Shown: in pieces, positions 1 through 6,926 of the stretch
How the letters are laid out: every line of letters begins with the position of its first letter
Position numbering within the stretch: position 1 is the first letter of the stretch
Assembly: GCA_038044525.1 (NCBI GenBank)
Contig: JBBSZV010000003.1
Coordinates: 1 to 38,757, forward strand
Source: Nanobdellota archaeon
GTDB lineage: Archaea > Nanobdellota > Nanobdellia > Woesearchaeales > GW2011-AR9
Length of the DNA stretch: 38,757 nucleotides
Direction: 5' to 3'
Translations under genes and position numbers: made by a program
Notes under the pieces: model-generated
Told to the model about the DNA's origin: nothing
The model's input: only the letters and a program-made list of their open reading frames with translations
Database searches by the model: none

Positions 1-54
1 CAGCGTTTTGTGAGGCAGTTAGTGACCTGCGAAGCATAGGATTTCATATTAGCC
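1..54. mobile_element. Right end of a MITE copy (same family as 338-626), truncated by the window edge
   Basis: GAGGCAGTTAGTGACCTGCGAAGCATAGGATTTCATATTAGCC (12-54) is nearly identical to 583-626, the right end of the complete element. Confidence 0.8.
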
Positions 55-69
55 AAAACTACAACAAAC

Positions 70-78
70 CTTTTAAAG
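70..78 (+). promoter_or_regulatory. Archaeal TATA box for tRNA-Ile
   Basis: TTTTAAAG about 25 nt upstream of the tRNA 5' end at 100. Confidence 0.55.
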
Positions 79-99
79 AAGAATACTTCCACCATTATC

Positions 100-250
100 G
101 GCCCCATAGCTCAGCCTGGTTTAGAGCGCTGGTCTTATACGACCATTAATGGCTCATTTCAACCAAAACCATTAATTCCGCTTGGAAAGCCAGAGGTCCT
201 GGGTTCAAAGGCAGACAATAATACTGCTGCTGAAAGTCCCGGTGGGGCCA
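100..250 (+). tRNA. tRNA-Ile(UAU) with two introns (140-187 at 37/38; 210-236 at 59/60)
   Basis: Acceptor GGCCCCA/TGGGGCC+A, D arm GCTC/GAGC, anticodon stem CTGGT/GCCAG, loop CT-TAT-A^A, T stem CTGGG/CCCGG. The T-loop intron forms a strict BHB (GGG-TTCA-AAG-GCAG...CTGC-TGAA-AGT-CCC). Confidence 0.9.
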
Positions 251-337
251 CTTTTTTTCATGAAACAATTATCCCTTTATCTTATCGCCATCAGTTTATC
301 TTTTTCAATTCTATTTTATCTGTTTTAATTCTATTGT

Positions 338-626
338 GGCTAATATGAAACCCTTGGTCACTAACCCTTTCCGAGCGTGTTCAAAAATCACATTCACGTC
401 GGCACAAGAAATGAGGTAAAACCATCATTTCTGTGCAGAAAACAAGTCTTTGCTTGTTTTCTTGCAAGGGGGACGTCCCTTACGGGGACAAGAAATGAAA
501 CGACGATTTCATTTCTGTCCAGAAATAAGATAGCTTTCCTATTTCTTGGAACGCCGACCAACGACGTAAAACATCGGTTTAGCGAGGCTGTTAGTGACCT
601 GCGAAGCATAGGGTTTCATATTAGCC
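338..626. mobile_element. Non-autonomous MITE, 289 bp, with terminal inverted repeats and a 9-bp target site duplication
   Basis: TIRs GGCTAATATGAAACCCT...AGGGTTTCATATTAGCC, extended by GGTCACTAAC/GTTAGTGACC. TTCTATTGT is duplicated at 329-337 and 627-635. No transposase inside. Confidence 0.88.
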
Positions 627-694
627 TTCTATTGTATTAAGTTTAAGTATCCTATTTCCAAGAAGCATTATCAGATAACATCATCAAAAAAACA

Positions 695-1288
695 CTAAGA
701 ACACTGCTTATTAACGCTATCCAAGGTCATGGTGAAAGAGATGCCTTTTATCGTTGGGTGGGTGATGATGCCGCTAGTTTCTTTCTCCTGCAAGGTGACG
801 GTCTGTTCTCCGATGATCCTGCCGGTCGTCTTTTTAATCACGGTGATCACCACGAGCGGATCTTCGCCCTTGCAATAAGGCATGGTTTTCATCAACCTCC
901 ATTCCAACGCTCCCGCATAAGTATAACTGCCCCGGCCCATGGCCAGATCATAGACCTCTTCATCGCTGGTGGATATCTTCGCTCCGGAGATGCTGCATTT
1001 TTCTTCACAATCGGTCTCAAACAGGCTGCTTAACGTTTTACAAGCCCCTTCCACGCATAATAAATCCGGCTGACAGTCACTATTATACTCGCAAGCCGGC
1101 GGCGTTTCCGGGGTTTCCGATTCTTCCGAAGGCTCTGCTGCAGAGATATTTTCAATATCCGCGATCGTTCCTGCACTATCTTCTGAAGTTACAGGAACAG
1201 CTGATTTATTGGGACCGCAACCGACCGAGATAATTGAAATAAACAACAACATACAGATTAAAAAAACAGTTTTTATCTTCACCATCAT
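695..1288 (-). CDS. Secreted Cys-rich lipoprotein, hypothetical
   Basis: N-terminal hydrophobic signal ending in VGC (lipobox-like), acidic linker, C-x5-C-x5-C-x4-C Cys cluster. Confidence 0.75.
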   Translation of the reverse strand: MMVKIKTVFLICMLLFISIISVGCGPNKSAVPVTSEDSAGTIADIENISAAEPSEESETPETPPACEYNSDCQPDLLCVEGACKTLSSLFETDCEEKCSISGAKISTSDEEVYDLAMGRGSYTYAGALEWRLMKTMPYCKGEDPLVVITVIKKTTGRIIGEQTVTLQEKETSGIITHPTIKGISFTMTLDSVNKQCS

Positions 1289-1537
1289 ATTCTTCAGACA
1301 AAAGATAGAAAAAAAGATTATATAAACTCTTCTATCGTATACGCCACAGGAATCATTGCGCAGCCAAAACTTTCGAGACAGGTTTTACAACCATTCGATA
1401 AACCAGCTGGATTTTACAAGCTCAACCTCTTCTTTCGAATCTGGCTGCTGGAAGGATGATTTAGTCTAAATTTAAATGTTTATCTGTGCTCTAATAGAAA
1501 TAATAATAAAAAATGATAAAAATCATTCCAAAAAAAA

Positions 1538-1723
1538 TGCGGTAGCGGGGACTTCCGCGGCATTTCCTGCCTTTCGAACCCCGGTCACAGCCTCATTACA
1601 GACTTTTACAATCTTTCGTCAAGGGGGGACTAAGGAGTAAACTCCGAAGGTCGCCCGCTTTTTACGAGATTTTTTGCAAAAATCTCTGGCAAGGCCGTAT
1701 ACTAACCACTATACTACTACCGC
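1538..1723 (-). tRNA. tRNA-Gly(GCC) with two introns (1594-1686 at 37/38; 1552-1572 at 59/60)
   Basis: Reverse complement gives acceptor GCGGTAG/CTACCGC+A, anticodon stem CGGCC/GGCTG, loop TT-GCC-A^A, T stem CGGGG/CCCCG. BHB central helices TTGC/GTAA and TTCG/CGGA. Confidence 0.9.
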
Positions 1724-1807
1724 ATCAAGAATGCAAAATGCAGATTATTAATAAAGTTTATCGTTTTATACATTAAAAAAGATAAAAAGAAAAAAAAACA
1801 AACGATT

Positions 1808-2170
1808 TTATTTTCTTGCCAAGGAAAATGCAGCTCGCAGTGCCACGATTATAGTAGCAGGGACGAACAAAGTCAAAATTGATTGTAGAACCCCGACTAA
1901 AACATCAACTCCGGCGCCTTGGACTGAACTTAAAACATTTGCTCCCAGGAACGATACTAAAACAAGCACGGTTCCGCTGGTCAGGAACGCAGAAGTCTCC
2001 TGCGAGGTAATGTTCAACAACCCCACGACTAAACCCAGTAAGAATACAACCCATAACATCTGCCCTGCATATGGACCGGTAAGTCCCAATCCCAGAAGCA
2101 CTGCTAGGACCAATCCTACTAAAAAAGACCAAGCTCCGAGCATATTGCCGGCACCTAATTTCTTTACCAT
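1808..2170 (-). CDS. Small integral membrane protein (about 4 TM), hypothetical
   Basis: 120 aa with four hydrophobic segments; GAGGTG RBS upstream. Confidence 0.8.
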   Translation of the reverse strand: MVKKLGAGNMLGAWSFLVGLVLAVLLGLGLTGPYAGQMLWVVFLLGLVVGLLNITSQETSAFLTSGTVLVLVSFLGANVLSSVQGAGVDVLVGVLQSILTLFVPATIIVALRAAFSLARK

Positions 2171-2359
2171 TTAAAACACCTCTTTTTTGTGTACTAAAAG
2201 CACAAATATTCGTAAAAATACTTAGTGCTTTGTATAATTGGAAACGTTATGTTCCCATACTGATATCCCAGTAAAACTTTTTCATTTATAAGATTTTTGA
2301 TTTTAGGAACAAAGAAACAAACAAAAACTTAATAAACCAACCTAAACTCAAAAGAAAAT

Positions 2360-2517
2360 CCCCCCTTAGTTTAGCGGCTAGAACACTCGGCTGTAGAAAC
2401 TCTTTAGAATTGTCATACGATGACTGGAATGAAAAAGAGTCAGCCAGTAGTCACCGAGGAATCCCCGGTTCGAAAAAACAACAAGACCATTGTTGCCTGA
2501 AAATCCGGGAGGGGGGA
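2360..2517 (+). tRNA. tRNA-Tyr(GUA) with two introns (2397-2452 at 37/38; 2475-2503 at 59/60)
   Basis: Acceptor CCCCCCT/AGGGGGG+A (C1:G72, the archaeal Tyr identity), anticodon stem CTCGG/CCGAG, loop CT-GTA-G^A, T stem CCCGG/CCGGG. BHB helices CTGT/GTAG and TTCG/TGAA. Confidence 0.9.
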
Positions 2518-2554
2518 CCTTTTTTATCTGCACGATAAACCCCAAAACTAATAT

Positions 2555-2892
2555 CATAAAAATGCGTGAAACCGTCTTACCTCGCCCTTAAAGGGCGGGG
2601 TTTGAAAAAAGACGGTTTAAGAAATAGAACCACGATTCTATTTCTGAACAAAAATGAAATCGCAGTTTCATTTTTTGTTTCCAAACCACGCATTTTTAGG
2701 ATGCAAGAAATGTGAAAAAGAACACATTTCTGCACAGAAAACAAATCTTTGTTTGTTTTCATGTGCAAAATAGCCAGAATTGATGCCATTCGCGTGAAAA
2801 AGCAACGACTTTTTCAGCGTCCCAGAAAAATCGCTGTTTTTCTGTGGACATCCATTGGCTAAAACCAATGATTTTCTGGCTATTTTTGCATA
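2555..2892. repeat. Dense array of nested inverted repeats, including two 60-bp twin-hairpin modules (2618-2677, 2704-2763)
   Basis: Stems TAAAAATGCGTG/CACGCATTTTTA, AAACCGTCTT/AAGACGGTTT, CCTCGCCCTTAAAGGGCGGGG and TGCAAAATAGCCAGAA/TTCTGGCTATTTTTGCA. The modules are homologous to 405-464 and 489-548. Confidence 0.8.
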
Positions 2893-3010
2893 AAAACAGA
2901 AAGCTTTATAAACAACCCCCCGTTTTTATCGAAAAATGGCAGCAAAACTTCTATATGTCACCCTCTAAAAGTGGAAATTTGATATGTAGTCGAAGCGCTG
3001 TCATAAAAAT

Positions 3011-3158
3011 GCCCTGGTAGTGTAGTGGCCTAGCATGGGGCCCTGTCGTGATCATTTGGTCGTATGGCCTAAATGATTTGGAGAAAGGCCCCGACCCGGG
3101 TTCGAATGTGTGGTTGGGAAGAGGTTTCACAATCAGTAAGAAAATCCCGGCCAGGGCG
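3011..3158 (+). tRNA. tRNA-Asp(GUC) with two introns (3049-3085 at 37/38; 3107-3144 at 59/60)
   Basis: Acceptor GCCCTGG/CCAGGGC+G, anticodon stem GGGCC/GGCCC, loop CT-GTC-G^A, T stem CCGGG/CCCGG. Relaxed BHB motifs. Confidence 0.9.
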
Positions 3159-3164
3159 TTCCTT

Positions 3165-3301
3165 GGGCCGGTAGCTTAGCTTGGTTGAGCGCTTGACTTT
3201 TAAGCAAGCGAACAAAGAGATCAAGAGGTCAGGGGTTCAAATGGTTTCCGAAACTCGGCGGATCGCCGGAAAACGGAAGCTTGAATGTCCCCTCCGGCCC
3301 G
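3165..3301 (+). tRNA. tRNA-Lys(UUU) with two introns (3203-3219 at 37/38; 3242-3287 at 59/60)
   Basis: Acceptor GGGCCGG/CCGGCCC+G, anticodon stem CTTGA/TCAAG, loop CT-TTT-A^A, T stem AGGGG/CCCCT. BHB helices CTTT/AAAG and TTCA/TGAA. Confidence 0.92.
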
Positions 3302-3370
3302 CCTTATATTAATCAGAGTAGTAATCAGAGAAAACAAAAAAAATATCATGGGGGGCAATTGACGGACAAA

Positions 3371-3607
3371 ATGGGTTTTGACGTACGTAATCATCATCTG
3401 GTTTGTAATCACTCTAAAGCAAGCGAGGCAGAAAAAGAAGCGCTGCTGAAGAGGTATAATATAATTATAAGAGACCTGCCAAAAATTCTGCGGCAGGATC
3501 CGGCCATCGCCGCACTCAATCCCGTAGAAGGCGATGTGATCAAGATAGAACGGATAAGTAAAACTGCCGGCAAGACGGAATATTACCGCCAAGTGATAGA
3601 GAGTTGA
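3371..3607 (+). CDS. rpoH: DNA-directed RNA polymerase subunit H (Rpo5)
   Basis: HxLV..H, LPKI..DP, GDVIKIERIS.TAG..YYR motifs. Start moved to ATG 3371 because the ORF-track start lies inside tRNA-Lys. Confidence 0.95.
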   Translation: MGFDVRNHHLVCNHSKASEAEKEALLKRYNIIIRDLPKILRQDPAIAALNPVEGDVIKIERISKTAGKTEYYRQVIES

Positions 3608-3613
3608 TAAAAC

Positions 3614-5086
3614 ATGGAAAAATCGGCCCTCCTAAAAAAATATTTCGAAGAGAAGAAGTTTGTAGAGAGCAACATCCAGTCTTATAACAACCTCATCGAA
3701 AAAGGCCTGCAGGAAGTCATCGAAGAGAACAAGGAAGCCGAACCGACCATCATCCCGCATAACATTGAAAAATTCAAGATCAGATTCGGCAGGATTAACG
3801 TAGGAAAACCGGAGATAACGGAAGCTGACGGAAGCAAGCGGTCGATCTATCCCATGGAAGCCCGCCTGCGGAAAATTTCTTACTCCGCCCCCATTTTTCT
3901 GGAGATCAGCACTTATATCAATGATGTGCAGCGGGAAAATTTTGTCACCGAAGTCGGGAAGATGCCGATCATGCTGCGCAGCAAATTCTGCCATCTGCAT
4001 GGTCTGGGCAGAGAAGAGCAGATCAAACGCGGTGAAGACCCTACCGATCCGGGAGGATACTTCATCATCAACGGGACTGAAAAACTCATAGTTACGGTAG
4101 AAGATTTAGCCGGTAATAATTTCATGGTCGAAGACGGAGCTTCAGGATTCACCGGCAGATATTTTGCGACCAAGGGTTCTTATAAGATACCGCATACCTT
4201 TGAACGGAAGAAAGACGGAATATATTATATGACTTTCACCAGAGTAAAAAACATGCCTATCATAATCATCCTTAAAGCTTTGGGCTTAGTCAAAGATGAA
4301 GATATCATCAAGACCATTTCTACGGAAAAGAATTATGAGGAAGTAATCCTTAACCTGTTTGAATTTGTAGAGATCAAAACTCAAGAAGATGCGGTAGATT
4401 ACATAGCCAAAAGGGTTGGCGCAGCCCAGCCGAAAGAGATCCGCATGGAGAGGACCAAAGAGCTTCTTAATAAATATTTACTGCCAAACGTAGGCATGGA
4501 GCCTTCTGCTATGCGGGTAAAAGCAATAAACCTATGCAAGATGCTGAAAAAATTCGTCGATGTCAGCAACGGGGTAAGGTCTGCCGAGGACAAAGACCAT
4601 TACATGAATAAAAGGCTGCGCATGAGCGGGGATCTGCTCATAGACCTATTCCGGGTGAATTTTAAAATATTGGTCGGAGACATCCTTTACAATTTCCAGA
4701 GAATAATTAAACGGGGAAAACTGCCTTCCGTCCGCGTCATTATCCGCGGAAAACTATTAACTTCGCGGCTGTACTCTGCCATGGCGACAGGAGAATGGGT
4801 CGGCGGCCGGCAGGGTATCTCGCAAAGGATGAGCAGGACTAATTATTTAGATATGATCTCCCATCTTCAGAGAGTGGTAAGCCCATTGTCTGCTTCGCAG
4901 GAGAACTTCGATGCGCGGGCCCTGCATTGTACGCATATCGGGCGGCTCTGCCCGATCGAGACGCCGGAAGGTACCAATATCGGCCTGAGAAAAAATCTGG
5001 CGATGCTCTGTTCCATCTCACAAGATCATGAAGAGAATGAAATCCTTGAAAAGATAAAAGCCCTCGGGGTTATGGAGATGCACTAA
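3614..5086 (+). CDS. rpoB2: DNA-directed RNA polymerase subunit B'' (Rpo2N)
   Basis: YPMEARLR..SYSAP, DPGGYFIING, GRLCPIETPEG.NIGL.KNLA motifs. Confidence 0.96.
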   Translation: MEKSALLKKYFEEKKFVESNIQSYNNLIEKGLQEVIEENKEAEPTIIPHNIEKFKIRFGRINVGKPEITEADGSKRSIYPMEARLRKISYSAPIFLEISTYINDVQRENFVTEVGKMPIMLRSKFCHLHGLGREEQIKRGEDPTDPGGYFIINGTEKLIVTVEDLAGNNFMVEDGASGFTGRYFATKGSYKIPHTFERKKDGIYYMTFTRVKNMPIIIILKALGLVKDEDIIKTISTEKNYEEVILNLFEFVEIKTQEDAVDYIAKRVGAAQPKEIRMERTKELLNKYLLPNVGMEPSAMRVKAINLCKMLKKFVDVSNGVRSAEDKDHYMNKRLRMSGDLLIDLFRVNFKILVGDILYNFQRIIKRGKLPSVRVIIRGKLLTSRLYSAMATGEWVGGRQGISQRMSRTNYLDMISHLQRVVSPLSASQENFDARALHCTHIGRLCPIETPEGTNIGLRKNLAMLCSISQDHEENEILEKIKALGVMEMH

Positions 5087-5088
5087 AG

Positions 5089-6894
5089 ATGGCAGAAGTT
5101 TACCTTAACTCCAAATTTGTAGGTATGGTTGAAAATCCATCTAATTTTATCTCTGAAGTTAAAGATCTGCGCAGGAAGGGCGCTATCTCTGAAGAAGTGA
5201 GCGTCTATTACGATGCGGAAGCGCAGGAAGTCCATCTGGCCTGCGATGCCGGAAGAGCGCAGCGGCCGCTGATCATCGTCAAGGAAGGAAAATCCCTGCT
5301 CACGGAAAAACATCTCAAGCAGCTCGGCGAAGGAGAGATAACCTGGCACGACATGATACGGCAGGGAGTCATCGAATATCTTGATGCTGCTGAAGAAGAA
5401 AATGCTTTTGTAGCTTACAGCGAAACAGAACTTACTCCGCAGCACACCCATCTCGAGATCACGCCTGGGTCTATCAGCGGGATCACCACGTCCTTAGTCC
5501 CTTTCGGAAACTACAACCAGTCATCCCGCCTCATCATCGGAAGTAAAAACCAAAAACAGGCTTTGGGATTCTACGCTTCAAATTATCATCTGCGCATGGA
5601 TATGGATTCCAATCTTCTCCATTATCCGCAATATCCGATCGTAAAGACGAAAGTCCACGACATCATCGAATATGATCAGCATCCTTCCGGACAAAACATG
5701 ATCGTCGCGGTCATGAGCTACGACGGCTATAACATGGAAGACGGAGTCATATTAGGCAAGGCATCAGTTGAACGCGGCCTGGCCAGAAGCACTTATTTCA
5801 GGCCGGTGGAGACGCAGGAACTGCGATACTCCGGCGGATTGATCGATGAGATCTCGGTCCCGGATAAAGACGTGAAGGGATTCCGCAGCGAACATGATTA
5901 CCGGTTCCTTGAGGGAGACGGGATCATCTATCCTGAAGCTAAAGTCAATGAAGGAGATGTGGTTATCGGAAGGACCAGCCCGCCGCGATTCTTAAACAGC
6001 ATGGACGAATATAATCTGGCTGCGGCTACCCGGCGCGAAAGTTCCGTGAGCTTGAAACATGGCGAGCGGGGCGTGGCTGACTTTGTAGTCCTCACAGAAA
6101 ACGAAGAAGGCAATAAATTGGTCCAGGTGCGCTTGAGAGATGAGCGGATACCAGAGATCGGAGATAAATTCACCAGCCGACATGGTCAAAAAGGAGTCAC
6201 CGGTATTTTGGTGCCTGCTGAAGATCTTCCTTTTTCTGAAAGCGGAATCACTCCGGACGTCATTTTCACTCCGCACGGTATCTCTTCAAGGATGACGGTT
6301 TCCCACCTGATCGAACTTATCGGCGGAAAAGTAGGAGCATTGGCCGGGCGGTATGTCGACGGGACTTTATTTGAAGCGGAAAAAGAAGAAGACCTGCGGA
6401 AAGAATTGCTTAGCCTGGGATTCAGCAGCAACGGCACGGAAACATTTTATGATGGAAGGACCGGAAAACAGATGCTCGCCAGGATTTTCGTCGGAAACAT
6501 GTACTACTTACGGTTGCGTCACATGGTCGCCAACAAAGTGCAGGCGAGAGCGCGCGGCCCCATACAGCTGCTCACCAGACAGCCTACCGAAGGTAAGGCT
6601 AAAGAAGGAGGGCTAAGATTAGGTGAGATGGAGAAGGACACTTTTATCGCTCATGGGGCCAGCCTGCTGCTGAAAGAAAGATTCGACTCTGATAAGATTG
6701 TAGTTCCGGTATGCGAAAAGTCCGGACTGATGGGATATTATGATCCTCGGAAAGGCGGAAGGGCCATATCGACCATTTATGGAGAGAATGCAGAGATGTC
6801 CAACATAGAGATCAGTTACGCATTTAAACTATTGCTGGATGAAATAAGAACTTTGGGTATCTATCCCAAATTACATTTGAAAAGCAAATACTAA
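5089..6894 (+). CDS. rpoB1: DNA-directed RNA polymerase subunit B' (Rpo2C)
   Basis: GYNMED, GDKFTSRHGQKG, RQPTEGKAKEGGLRLGEME motifs. Confidence 0.97.
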   Translation: MAEVYLNSKFVGMVENPSNFISEVKDLRRKGAISEEVSVYYDAEAQEVHLACDAGRAQRPLIIVKEGKSLLTEKHLKQLGEGEITWHDMIRQGVIEYLDAAEEENAFVAYSETELTPQHTHLEITPGSISGITTSLVPFGNYNQSSRLIIGSKNQKQALGFYASNYHLRMDMDSNLLHYPQYPIVKTKVHDIIEYDQHPSGQNMIVAVMSYDGYNMEDGVILGKASVERGLARSTYFRPVETQELRYSGGLIDEISVPDKDVKGFRSEHDYRFLEGDGIIYPEAKVNEGDVVIGRTSPPRFLNSMDEYNLAAATRRESSVSLKHGERGVADFVVLTENEEGNKLVQVRLRDERIPEIGDKFTSRHGQKGVTGILVPAEDLPFSESGITPDVIFTPHGISSRMTVSHLIELIGGKVGALAGRYVDGTLFEAEKEEDLRKELLSLGFSSNGTETFYDGRTGKQMLARIFVGNMYYLRLRHMVANKVQARARGPIQLLTRQPTEGKAKEGGLRLGEMEKDTFIAHGASLLLKERFDSDKIVVPVCEKSGLMGYYDPRKGGRAISTIYGENAEMSNIEISYAFKLLLDEIRTLGIYPKLHLKSKY

Positions 6895-6926
6895 ATAAAT
6901 AACTTAAAAAAAATAAATGAGCCAAA

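Noticed and set aside
377-640. ORFs 377-640 (+) and 394-609 (-)
   Set aside because: They lie within the palindromic MITE; the translations are artefacts of stop-poor hairpin repeats and show no transposase motif
1330-1470. Possible small ORF or RNA between the lipoprotein gene and tRNA-Gly
   Set aside because: The open minus-strand stretch has no start codon and no convincing structure
2577-2868. ORFs 2577-2789 and 2668-2868 with peptide similarity to the 377-640 ORF (NETxISFL.RN)
   Set aside because: The similarity is explained by the shared DNA twin-hairpin repeat, not by a protein family
405-2892. CRISPR array interpretation of the recurring hairpins
   Set aside because: There are no identical direct repeats at regular spacing with unique spacers, and no cas genes
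3281-3370. N-terminal extension of RpoH in the ORF track
   Set aside because: It overlaps tRNA-Lys; ATG 3371 gives a normal-sized Rpo5
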